Assembly (NCBI GenBank): GCA_025360605.1
Contig: JANYBV010000057.1
Span: forward strand, 2,033 to 66,032
Length of the DNA: 64,000 nt
Direction of reading: 5' to 3'
Origin: Alphaproteobacteria bacterium
GTDB lineage: Bacteria > Pseudomonadota > Alphaproteobacteria > Rickettsiales > SXRF01
Shown here: piece by piece, positions 1 to 8,929 of the stretch
Position numbering within the stretch: the first letter of the stretch is position 1
Layout of the letters: the number at the start of each line of letters is the position of its first letter
Made by a program: the position numbers and the translations under genes
Notes under the pieces: model-generated
What the model saw: only the letters and a program-made list of their open reading frames with translations
Databases searched by the model: none
What the model was told of the DNA's origin: nothing

Positions 1-456
1 GACTATCCCTTCACCACACTGACCCCGCAGCTGGGTGTTGTCTATGTGGATGAGCGCGAGTTCGTACTCGCCGATATCCCCGGACTGATCGAAGGTGCGC
101 ATGAAGGCGTAGGGCTGGGCCTTAAATTTTTAGGCCACGTGGAACGCGCAGGGATTTTACTGCACCTGATCGACGGCACGCAGGAAGACGTGGTGCTGGC
201 CTACAAAACCATTCGCAAGGAACTCAAAGCCTATAGCCCCGAGCTGGCAAAAAAACCGGAACTGGTGGCACTCAACAAGTGCGATGCGCTGACAGAAGAT
301 GAGATCAAAGAAAAAGCCGCCGCCTTAAAAAAAGCTAGCAAAAAGAAAATCTGGAAAATTTCCGGCGTGTCGGGTGAAGGCGTGAAGGACGTACTGCGCG
401 AGATGATGAAGGCGATTGACGAAAGTAAAGCGGCGGAAGAAGGCGCAGGCGTATAA
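1..456 (+). CDS. obgE: GTPase ObgE/CgtA, C-terminal part (5' truncated by window edge)
   Basis: Frame open from base 1: DYPFTTL (G2), DIPGLIEGA (G3), NKCD (G4); lies upstream of proB as usual in Proteobacteria. Confidence 0.95.
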   Translation, partial: DYPFTTLTPQLGVVYVDEREFVLADIPGLIEGAHEGVGLGLKFLGHVERAGILLHLIDGTQEDVVLAYKTIRKELKAYSPELAKKPELVALNKCDALTEDEIKEKAAALKKASKKKIWKISGVSGEGVKDVLREMMKAIDESKAAEEGAGV

Positions 457-465
457 AAAGCTGAT

Positions 466-1650
466 TTACACGGTGCGCGGGCGTTTTTCCCGTGCCCTGA
501 TTTCATAATCCAGCTCCGCTTTGATCTCTTTCGATGGATTACGAATAGTGAGTGTTTCACGCACGATTCTATGTCCCACCTGATGGGATGTCCGCGGCTC
601 GTACGCCAGCAGGCCTTTTTCCAGTGCTTCCAGTAGATCACGTTTTTCTGCAGGAGGCATTTTAGGGTCGGGGAGGCTGATATGATATTCCCCACGTTTG
701 TTGATGACTTGCGATTCTTCTAAAATGCTTTTGGCTGTTTCAATCTGCAATAAACGTTCCATAATTTTAATCGATTTGTCTGCGACTTCAAATCCACTGG
801 GATAATAACCATCAGCAACAGCCATGGCGAGTATGTTGCCTTTGCCGTGTTCGATATTGGCAACAAATTCATTGGTAAGATTATCTTTGCTGCCATCGAT
901 AATAGCGGACATGTTGATTCCGTGGGCGATATTATCGGGGGATATTATTTTCCCTTCCTTGTAATGTTTGATAGCCATGGCTTCTTCCATAGCCTGCACA
1001 TCTTTTTCATCCGTAGGATAGGGGTCTGGATAGGGCTTGAATATACCGTCGGAAGCCAACAGCAGATGTGTTTTTAATGTCGATCTATCCAGACCGTGTT
1101 CCGTTACGGCTTCTTGGATGAGTGTGTCGAGTTCAATGACGCCTGTAAAGCGCGGGTTATTACCAATTTGATAGGTGGCTTCGCGTGTCGGTTGTTTATG
1201 CAGCGGTGTAGTGAGGGAGTTATATATGACTTCACGTTTGGCATCTTCTCCGGAAGCAATCGACACGGCCACCGATTTTTTACCATCATCTAAAATAATA
1301 AAGGCGGGGCTATCGCCGCGGCTGGCAATGCTGATAGTAAAATGCTCAGGGTCGTAGAGTAGAATAGTGCCTGTGCTTCCTCCAGTCTTTCCTTCACTTT
1401 CTAATTGATCGGAGGTGGCTGTGGCAACCTGTGTTGCAGCTATCATGGCGATGTTGAGGAGTTCTTTCAGGCGTTTGGGTGCTACTTTGGGAAGTTCGGC
1501 AACAAATCCTCTGTCATGCTGAAGGGGTTCATCGTTAGCATCGCGGTACTTAGTGTTGGGATTAGGATTAATGGAGAAATGCACTTCATGTCCCCCCATC
1601 ACTTTTTGTATAAGCTGGGTCTCCGTCTGGCCTTCATTCCAAATGGGCAT
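466..1650 (-). CDS. PP2C/PPM-like Ser/Thr phosphatase domain protein with rearranged motif order
   Basis: Motifs GGST, SRGDSP, LLLASDG, GSKDNLT, then AVADG; start placed at ATG 1650 because AGGAGG lies 4 nt upstream. Confidence 0.65.
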   Translation of the reverse strand: MPIWNEGQTETQLIQKVMGGHEVHFSINPNPNTKYRDANDEPLQHDRGFVAELPKVAPKRLKELLNIAMIAATQVATATSDQLESEGKTGGSTGTILLYDPEHFTISIASRGDSPAFIILDDGKKSVAVSIASGEDAKREVIYNSLTTPLHKQPTREATYQIGNNPRFTGVIELDTLIQEAVTEHGLDRSTLKTHLLLASDGIFKPYPDPYPTDEKDVQAMEEAMAIKHYKEGKIISPDNIAHGINMSAIIDGSKDNLTNEFVANIEHGKGNILAMAVADGYYPSGFEVADKSIKIMERLLQIETAKSILEESQVINKRGEYHISLPDPKMPPAEKRDLLEALEKGLLAYEPRTSHQVGHRIVRETLTIRNPSKEIKAELDYEIRAREKRPRTV

Positions 1651-1845
1651 TGGCCCTCCTGATGTATGGGCATTCAGTGGTTCATGGTCCCCAGTATACC
1701 CATTAAATATGATTAATGCATTAATGAATTGGGTAATAGAAATGAAAATAACCAAGAAAAACAATATGATAAAATACAGTGAACGGAGTATCGACATTTT
1801 GGGTGCCTGTGTTAATGGTGAACCCTCTGAAATCACTAACAATGG

Positions 1846-2970
1846 TTGTCACCTCCTGCCATGCTCGCAAAAGCCAAACGTATTGTCATTAAAGTAGGTT
1901 CCTCGCTCTTAACCGATGAGGTGAAAGGCAGTGTGCGTGAGGGCTGGCTGGCCGCCCTTGCCGACGACATCAGTGCCGCCCGCGCGCAGGGAAAGGAAAT
2001 CGTCATCGTCACATCCGGTGCTATTGCGCTCGGGCGTTTACAGCTTGGCCTCAAAGCCAAAGCCCCATTGCATCTGGAAGAAAAACAGGCAGCTGCCGCT
2101 TGTGGTAATATCGCCCTATTTTCTGCATGGGCAGCTGCTCTTGGCCGTCACGGGTTGAAGGTTGCACAATTGCTTCTGACGGCCGAAGACAGTATCGAGC
2201 GCGACCGTTATCTCAATGCCCGCAACACGATTGATACGCTGCTGGAGTTAGGGGCGATTCCCATCATCAACGAAAATGACACGGTGGCGACCGCTGAAAT
2301 CCGCTTCGGCGACAATGACCGTTTGAGCGCCCGCATCGCTCAGATGGCGGGTGCCGATCTGTTGATTTTATTCTCCGATATTGATGGCCTCTACAGTGCT
2401 GATCCTACCACAAATCCGGACGCGAAATTCTTCCCCGAGGTGAATGAAATTACGCCAGCCATCGAGCGTATGGCGGGTGGTGTATCGTCTGGTGTGGGTA
2501 CGGGCGGCATGGTGACCAAGCTGGCCGCGGCTAAAATTGCCATGAGTGCAGGATGCCACATGATTATTGCCCGTGGAACAATCAATCATCCGCTCCAGGC
2601 GTTGATGCAAGGCGGTATATGCACGCGTTTTATTGCGTCCGGAAGCCCGCTGTCGGCACGCAAGCACTGGATTGCCGGTTCACTCCATCCGGCGGGCAGC
2701 ATTACGGTTGATGACGGTGCGGCCAAAGCGCTGAAATCCGGTAAAAGTTTGCTTCCTGCGGGGGTGGTTGCGGTTGAGGGCGAGTTTGACCGCGGCGATG
2801 CGGTACTGATTCGGAATTTACAACATGTAACCATTGGCAGAGGACTGATTTCCTATTCGTCCGAGGATGCGCGGCGCATTCAGGGTAAACAGAGTCAGGA
2901 TATTGAATCCATCATCGGGTTTAAGCGGCGTGATGTGCTTATCCACCGTGATGACATGGTGCTGGAATAA
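1846..2970 (+). CDS. proB: Glutamate 5-kinase
   Basis: RIVIKVGSSLL, NENDTV, FGDNDRL, GTGGM.TK, C-terminal PUA domain; ATG 1861 is an alternative start. Confidence 0.97.
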   Translation: MSPPAMLAKAKRIVIKVGSSLLTDEVKGSVREGWLAALADDISAARAQGKEIVIVTSGAIALGRLQLGLKAKAPLHLEEKQAAAACGNIALFSAWAAALGRHGLKVAQLLLTAEDSIERDRYLNARNTIDTLLELGAIPIINENDTVATAEIRFGDNDRLSARIAQMAGADLLILFSDIDGLYSADPTTNPDAKFFPEVNEITPAIERMAGGVSSGVGTGGMVTKLAAAKIAMSAGCHMIIARGTINHPLQALMQGGICTRFIASGSPLSARKHWIAGSLHPAGSITVDDGAAKALKSGKSLLPAGVVAVEGEFDRGDAVLIRNLQHVTIGRGLISYSSEDARRIQGKQSQDIESIIGFKRRDVLIHRDDMVLE

Positions 2971-3052
2971 ATAATCAAAACATTGAATAAACGCAATTTA
3001 TTGGCTATCGTAGGCTAATGATAGATATCTGTGTGCGAATAGATTATAATAG

Positions 3053-4342
3053 GTGGCTATGAAATCGAAAGTCGTGACCCTCAATAGTGAAATTCATGAG
3101 CAGATGCAGGCGATTGGGCATCGTGCCCGCGCGGCCTATGCTATTACTGCCGATGCCTCCAACCAGCAAAAAGACATGGCGCTGGTGAAGGCTGCTGCTG
3201 CCTTGCGTGATAACATGGCAAAAATCCTTGAAGCGAACGCCGAGGACATTGAATTTGCCAAAGGTAAAAAACTCGATCCCGCGCAGATCGACCGCCTGAC
3301 ACTGGATAAAAAACGCATAGAAGCAATGGCAGCAGGGTTGGAAACGGTCGTCACGCTTCCTGATCCGGTGAATAAAAAACTCGATGAGTGGACGCGCCCG
3401 AACGGCCTCGTCTTGCAACGTGTGAGCATTCCGCTTGGGGTGATCGGCATTATTTATGAATCACGCCCGACGGTGACGGCGGATGCGGCGGCACTCAGTT
3501 TAAAAGCGGGTAACGCCAGCATTTTACGCTGCGGTTCGGAATGTATTTTATCGTCCAAGGCCATTATCGCCTGCCTGCATGAAGGCCTCAAGGCTGCGGG
3601 CCTGCCCATCGAAGCGATTCAGCTGGTGCCCACGCGTGACCGCGCGGCGGTGGGTGAAATGCTGACCATGGTCGGGCTGATTGATATTATCGTTCCGCGC
3701 GGTGGCAAGTCGCTGACCAAGCGCGTGGTGGAAGAAAGCCGTATCCCTACCATCCAGCATCTGGACGGCAATTGCCACACCTACATCCATAAAAAAGCCG
3801 ATCTTAAAATGGCGCTGAAGGTACTCATGAATGCCAAGATGCGTCGTGTCAGCATTTGCGGAGCGACCGAGTCGCTTTTGATTGATGAGGCGGTTGCCGA
3901 AAAAATACTGCCACCTCTTGCTGACGCGCTGGCGGAAGCAGATTGTGAAATGCGTGGGGATGACAAGTCGCGTAAACTCGACAAGCGCATCACGAAAGCG
4001 ACTGACGAGGATTGGGACACCGAATATCTCGCCCCGATTATTTCTATCAAGCTGGTAAAGGATGTCGATGAGGCGATTGACCACATCAACCGCCATGGCT
4101 CGCACCACACCGAAGCGATCATCACCAAGGACATGAAAGCGGCGCGTGCGTTCCTGCGCCGTGTCGATAGCGCGATTGTCATGCACAATGCCTCGACCCA
4201 GTTCGCCGATGGTGGTGAATTTGGCTTTGGCGCGGAAATCGGCATTTCCACAGGGCGTTTGCATGCTCGCGGGCCGGTGGGTGCGGAGCAGCTAACAACC
4301 TATAAATACGTTATTTACGGTTCTGGCCAGACACGCGCCTGA
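3053..4342 (+). CDS. proA: Gamma-glutamyl phosphate reductase
   Basis: PLGVIGIIYESRP, HLDGNCH, catalytic C in SICGATE, NASTQFADGGEFGFGAEIGIST. Confidence 0.97.
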   Translation: MAMKSKVVTLNSEIHEQMQAIGHRARAAYAITADASNQQKDMALVKAAAALRDNMAKILEANAEDIEFAKGKKLDPAQIDRLTLDKKRIEAMAAGLETVVTLPDPVNKKLDEWTRPNGLVLQRVSIPLGVIGIIYESRPTVTADAAALSLKAGNASILRCGSECILSSKAIIACLHEGLKAAGLPIEAIQLVPTRDRAAVGEMLTMVGLIDIIVPRGGKSLTKRVVEESRIPTIQHLDGNCHTYIHKKADLKMALKVLMNAKMRRVSICGATESLLIDEAVAEKILPPLADALAEADCEMRGDDKSRKLDKRITKATDEDWDTEYLAPIISIKLVKDVDEAIDHINRHGSHHTEAIITKDMKAARAFLRRVDSAIVMHNASTQFADGGEFGFGAEIGISTGRLHARGPVGAEQLTTYKYVIYGSGQTRA

Positions 4343-4425
4343 GCTGGCTCGCTGCCTAATCCAAAATTAATGATTATATGGGAAGATGGTATCATCATCT
4401 AACCTCAAAACATTCCAGAAAAACC

Positions 4426-5790
4426 ATGCAAACCGCCATCAATCCCACCACCGGTGAGGTCATTCAGACCTATCCAGACCACACACCCGAGCAAGTGCAG
4501 CAGATCATCGCGCAGTCGCACGAATGTTTTTTGAAGTGGAGACGCATTTCGATTCCGGAACGTTCCGCCGCACTCAAAAAAGTACATGCGGTGATTATGG
4601 CGAATAAAGCGAAATATGGGCGCATTATTAGCGAAGAAATGGGCAAAACGCTCAAAGAAGCGGTCACCGAAGTTGAAAAATGTGCCTCTGCCGCTAATTA
4701 TTTCGCTGAAAACGGCCTAAAACTCCTCGCTGATGAGCATATCGTCACCGAATACAGCAAAAGCTATGTCAGCTTTCAGCCATTGGGCATTATTTTCGGT
4801 GTGATGCCGTGGAACTTTCCGTTCTGGCAGGTGCTGCGTTTTGCATTGCCATCCCTCATGGCCGGAAATGTAGGCATTTTAAAACACGCCTCCAACACCC
4901 CCGCCTGCGCGCTGGCGATTGAATCGATTTTCAAAGAGGCTGGACTACCGGAACACGCATTCCGCTCGTTGTTGATTCCCGGAAGCCGCGTGGAAGAAGT
5001 CATATCGAACCCGAAAATAGTAGCGGTAACGCTGACGGGCAGCACACCGGCAGGTAAATCGGTGGCGGCACTATCAGGGAAGTATCTGAAGAAGACAGTG
5101 CTGGAGCTGGGCGGCAGCGATGCCTATTTGATACTGGAAGATGCCGACATTGACCACGCGATTAAAACCATTGCCGCAAGCCGGATGCTCAATTGCGGCC
5201 AGTCCTGCGTGTCGGCGAAACGGTTGATCGTCCATGAAAGTCTGAAGGAACGTTTTGAACGTGGAATCGTCGAGATATTTTCGAAGCAAACCATTGGTAA
5301 TCCGCTGGACGAGGCTACGAATGTCGGGCCGATGTCACGCGCGGATCTGCGTGACGAACTGCATGAACAGGTTCAGCGTTCGATTGCGGCGGGGGCAAAA
5401 TGTTTGCTCGGTGGCAAGGTGCCGGAAGGCAAGGGCGCATTCTACCCGCTGACGGTGTTGAGTGATGTGAAAAAAGGTACACCGGCCTATATGGAAGAAA
5501 TGTTTGGCCCCGTGGCCGTCATTATTCCAGCGAAGGACGAGCTGGACGCGATTACGATTGGCAATGATTCGGTGTTTGGCTTAGGCGGGGCGGTGTTCTC
5601 GAAAGATGTGGCGCGCGCCGAGAGGATTGCACGCGAGTGGATGGAATCGGGCGCGTGTTTCGTCAACATGATGGTGCGTTCCGACCCGAGGATGCCGTTT
5701 GGCGGCATCAAGGAAAGCGGGTACGGGCGCGAGCTGTCGGCGTATGGCATGCGCGAGTTCGTGAACATCAAGACCATCATAGTCGCCTGA
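4426..5790 (+). CDS. sad: NAD-dependent succinate-semialdehyde dehydrogenase (Sad/YneI-like ALDH)
   Basis: PWNFP, TGSTPAG, LELGGSD, NCGQSC, EEMFGP, PFGGIKESGYGRE. Confidence 0.8.
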   Translation: MQTAINPTTGEVIQTYPDHTPEQVQQIIAQSHECFLKWRRISIPERSAALKKVHAVIMANKAKYGRIISEEMGKTLKEAVTEVEKCASAANYFAENGLKLLADEHIVTEYSKSYVSFQPLGIIFGVMPWNFPFWQVLRFALPSLMAGNVGILKHASNTPACALAIESIFKEAGLPEHAFRSLLIPGSRVEEVISNPKIVAVTLTGSTPAGKSVAALSGKYLKKTVLELGGSDAYLILEDADIDHAIKTIAASRMLNCGQSCVSAKRLIVHESLKERFERGIVEIFSKQTIGNPLDEATNVGPMSRADLRDELHEQVQRSIAAGAKCLLGGKVPEGKGAFYPLTVLSDVKKGTPAYMEEMFGPVAVIIPAKDELDAITIGNDSVFGLGGAVFSKDVARAERIAREWMESGACFVNMMVRSDPRMPFGGIKESGYGRELSAYGMREFVNIKTIIVA

Positions 5791-5891
5791 TTTTCAAGCT
5801 TTTTCCATTTTTACGCATTATAGGGTTGTGAAATGCCGAATAATCGGTATTTTTTGCCAGCATAGCTCTTGTTTAAGAGAGTGGATATATT

Positions 5892-5910
5892 GTGGAAGTG
5901 TGGCCGAGTG
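5892..5910 (+). repeat. 19-bp copy of the tRNA-Ser 5' end
   Basis: GTGGAAGTGTGGCCGAGTG identical to 5982-6000, 90 bp downstream. Confidence 0.9.
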
Positions 5911-5983
5911 CCATTAGCTTGCGCGAGCAAGCGAAGTTTTTTATAAGATTAACCACTCGCTGTGAGGTGGGTGGGGTTATAGT

Positions 5984-6073
5984 GGAAGTGTGGCCGAGTG
6001 GTTTAAGGCACTAGTCTTGAAAACTAGCGAGGGTGCAAGCTCTCCGTGAGTTCGAATCTCACCGCTTCCGCCA
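5984..6073 (+). tRNA. tRNA-Ser (anticodon TGA)
   Basis: Acceptor GGAAGTG/CGCTTCC, anticodon arm CTAGT-CTTGAAA-ACTAG, long variable arm, GTTCGAATC T-loop, encoded CCA; 90 nt. Confidence 0.97.
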
Positions 6074-7063
6074 ACATATTGTTATTTACGGTTTTGGTTC
6101 CACTAGCGAACTCATATCGACTATCTTTTGAAATTGCGTCAGGAACTCAGGGTGATGGAGCGCGAGGTATTTTACGACCCGCGTATTATTGAGCAGTGTG
6201 CTAAGGTAGGTTTTGGCGAGGGTATCTTCGGCCTTAAGCTATCGTTCTGCCTGTTTTCACCCCTACTAAAGCAATCGCCCCAAATTTTTTCTTCAATACA
6301 TCGTCTACGCATTGCATTCCCAGCCGGATGCAAGCTTCCCCATCCTTGCCAACGGCAGTGGCAGCGGCGGTGACTTCATTTGCTTCCACATCAAGACGTT
6401 CTTGAAATGCCGCCTTGTCCTTCGGGTAGGTAAAGCCCGAGTCCCCAGTGCGGTAGGCAAGGTAAGAAACAGTAAAATCAAATATCTTCGTTGCGAGCAC
6501 CTGCTCATTTAAAGGGCCTTTGAAACGGCTCGGGAGACCCTGTTGCTGCATCGCATGAGGCAGTCTTTTACCCAGCGTCAGAAATGCCAGTGTAGCAAGG
6601 CTCGTCTGCTTGCCATCTGGAAACACCGGCAATTCATCAGATAGCGGTAGGGGATCGGGATATGAGCGTTTCATATAAGTGGACCTCCTGAAGTGCACCC
6701 AAGCATGAGCCTTGGGAACCATAAGGCAGAATTATCGCATAATTTCCCTGTTAATTCACTGCCAAACAGTGAATAGATGTCAGAGGCAGGTTCGCAGCAG
6801 ACTATCTCCACCGCCAAATCTTTCGCTACTAGCGTTGGCGGCTCTTATTTTCAAGGGATTTAGTATGTTTAATTTACGCGCCATTCCAGCCCCCCTTTCA
6901 GCCCCCCCTTTAGTTCCCGCTTAGGGTAAAACAGCGGGGGCCATACAAAAATACCCACAAACCAATTGCAATGCAAGCTTATGATAATGAAAGGAAAAAT
7001 CAAACAGTGGCGAATATCGGCGAATCGCGATAAACATGAGTTAGGCGGCCACCGCTTCCGCCA
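6060..7063. mobile_element. Degenerate ~1 kb island relic at tRNA-Ser 3' end
   Basis: 14-bp direct repeat CACCGCTTCCGCCA at 6060-6073 and 7050-7063; one orphan gene; tandem CAGC(n)TTT repeats at 6887-6911; no integrase. Confidence 0.55.
6234..6674 (-). CDS. Hypothetical protein (146 aa)
   Basis: ATG 6674 with upstream AGGAGG; no recognisable motif. Confidence 0.6.
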   Translation of the reverse strand: MKRSYPDPLPLSDELPVFPDGKQTSLATLAFLTLGKRLPHAMQQQGLPSRFKGPLNEQVLATKIFDFTVSYLAYRTGDSGFTYPKDKAAFQERLDVEANEVTAAATAVGKDGEACIRLGMQCVDDVLKKKFGAIALVGVKTGRTIA

Positions 7064-7264
7064 CATATAAAACAAGCCCCCCCAAGGGCTTTTTTTGTAT
7101 GTGGCTTGTGTGGTAGGAGATGAGAACGTAGTTCGTAAATTTTGCAGGAAGCAAAATTTGACGGTATAGCCGCCCGAAGGGAGCGAAGCCAGTAGGCGAG
7201 CGTCAATCTCACTTCTCCGCTATTTTTAGTTGGGTTTATTAAAACCCTCTGAGTTCGAATCTCA
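7050..7264 (+). repeat. tRNA-linked structured repeat built from tRNA-Ser 3' fragments
   Basis: tRNA 3' end copy plus hairpin (7060-7105); GTTCG...AATCTCACTTCTCCGCTA split by hairpins (7131-7222); TGAGTTCGAATCTCA at 7250-7264 identical to 6047-6061. Confidence 0.6.
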
Positions 7265-7363
7265 GTCTCGGCTCACGTAGGTTCGCAAATAGTATTTCCC
7301 TTTTTAAAGCCGCCGAGATATAGGCCATGAGTCAATCTTACCCACACTCCAAACAGGAACACC

Positions 7364-7606
7364 ATGAAACTCATCGTCCTTAATCTCCCGCGTACCTTCA
7401 GCGAAAATGATCTCGCGAAGCTGTTTAAAACCTACGGCAATATCAAAGGCTGCAACATCGTGATGGACGAGAAGACGAGCGCGTCGAAAGGCTTCGGCTT
7501 TGTCGAGATGGCGCTTGCGCATGAGGGCGAAAAGGCCATGAACGCACTCAACGGCCACATGGTCGACCAGAGAAAAATCCGCGTAAAACTTTCCACCAAA
7601 GCATGA
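7364..7606 (+). CDS. Single-RRM RNA-binding protein
   Basis: RNP2-like LIVLNL and RNP1 KGFGFVEM. Confidence 0.92.
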   Translation: MKLIVLNLPRTFSENDLAKLFKTYGNIKGCNIVMDEKTSASKGFGFVEMALAHEGEKAMNALNGHMVDQRKIRVKLSTKA

Positions 7607-7824
7607 CGCAGCAGCCGAACAATCCGCTGCACGGGGTGACGCTGAAGGCGATCGTGGAAACGCTGGTGGAGCAGCATGGCTGGGAAAAACTCGGCCAGCT
7701 GATTGACATACGCTGCTTTACCCATGACCCCAGCGTGAAGTCGTCTCTGACATTTCTGCGTGCCACGCCGTGGGCGCGGACGAAGGTGGAAGAGCTATAT
7801 GTGCGCGCTTTGCCGAAAGGCTAA
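7603..7824 (+). CDS. VF530/DUF2132-family small protein
   Basis: NPLHGVTL...GW..L...[24 protein letters not shown] signature. Confidence 0.9.
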   Translation: MTQQPNNPLHGVTLKAIVETLVEQHGWEKLGQLIDIRCFTHDPSVKSSLTFLRATPWARTKVEELYVRALPKG

Positions 7825-7833
7825 GCGGGTGGC

Positions 7834-7977
7834 TTAGTGGGTTGCGGCTGCGTCGGCGTGAATGGTTTCTGCAACGGCAGACTGCATGAGCATGTGGCCA
7901 ACGATTGGCGGCAGACCCAACATTAGTACAAGAGCCACCAGCATCCAGATGCCGTTATAATTCTTTTCAGATGTCAT
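7834..7977 (-). CDS. Small single-pass membrane protein (47 aa), absent from the ORF track
   Basis: GGAG upstream of ATG; MTSEKNYNGIWMLVALVLMLGLPPIVGHMLMQSAVAETIHADAAATH; fills the intergenic gap without overlap. Confidence 0.5.
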   Translation of the reverse strand: MTSEKNYNGIWMLVALVLMLGLPPIVGHMLMQSAVAETIHADAAATH

Positions 7978-8154
7978 ACACTTCTCCCAAAGTTAATAGT
8001 TAGGAGTAAGCGTCCTGTGCATACCGGAGCCGTGAACCGACCCTCGTCTGTTCTTTTAATAATATTCCCAGCACCTGCGGCTGTCAATAAATACTCTTGC
8101 GGCAGGGGCGTTCCTCGATTACTCCTAACCTATCAAACTAACAGGAGAATCGCC

Positions 8155-8871
8155 ATGGCACGTAAACATAGCCCTATCAAAATCATAGTATTACTGGCGG
8201 TGGCGCTGGGGGTCGGGTATGTCGCCCTCAATTTCGGCAGCCTGCTGACGCGCACGGCGGAGAAAATCGCCAGTGACGCACTCGGCGTGAAAGTCACCAT
8301 CGGCAGCATCGACGTGTCGCTGTCGGACAAGAAAGTCACCGTGCGTAAAGTCGAGATAGCCAACCCGCCCGGATACAGCAAGCCTAATGCCATGACGGTG
8401 GAGTCTATCCTGATCGGGCTGAATACGGCGAGCAAACAGCTCATCGATTTCAACGATATTCAGGTGAAGGGCTCGGTGGTGAATCTGGAAGTGAACGAAA
8501 AGGGCATGAACCTGAATGACCTGAAGGCGCTGGCTGGCCGGAAAAAACAAAAAGAAAGCGTTGGCAGTGAACAAATCCGCGTGATCGTGCAGCATATGGT
8601 GATTGACGCGTCCACCATCAACCCTACCATTACCCTGATTAAAGGCGATATCCCGCCGATCCACATGCCGGCGGTGAATGTGTCGGGTATCGGTACGGGC
8701 GGGGGAGTCAACGCCGGTGATGCGATTGGTCAGGTGCTGACCCAGTATTTATCCGAAGTGCAAAAAAGCGCGCGTGACGGCGGTATGCTCAACGGCCTTC
8801 CGAACCAGCTGGGGGATGTGAAAAAGACCATCGATAATGCCGCGGGTAAGCTCAAAGGATTGCTTAGGTAG
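8155..8871 (+). CDS. AsmA-like/DUF748-like membrane-anchored protein
   Basis: AGGAG before ATG 8155; N-terminal TM helix; GVKVTIGSIDVS...IANPPGY pattern. Confidence 0.65.
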   Translation: MARKHSPIKIIVLLAVALGVGYVALNFGSLLTRTAEKIASDALGVKVTIGSIDVSLSDKKVTVRKVEIANPPGYSKPNAMTVESILIGLNTASKQLIDFNDIQVKGSVVNLEVNEKGMNLNDLKALAGRKKQKESVGSEQIRVIVQHMVIDASTINPTITLIKGDIPPIHMPAVNVSGIGTGGGVNAGDAIGQVLTQYLSEVQKSARDGGMLNGLPNQLGDVKKTIDNAAGKLKGLLR

Positions 8872-8929
8872 GCGTGCGTAGCTGCACAACGTTTTGCATT
8901 CAAAAGCCGTATACGTTACATGAGTTACT

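Noticed and set aside
1651-1842. Hydrophobic N-terminal extension of the 458-aa ORF
   Set aside because: AT-rich intergenic read-through from a TTG; a strong AGGAGG sits before ATG 1650
4418-4428. GAAAAACCATG shared by the sad and mdtB starts
   Set aside because: Short A-rich initiation context, no further similarity
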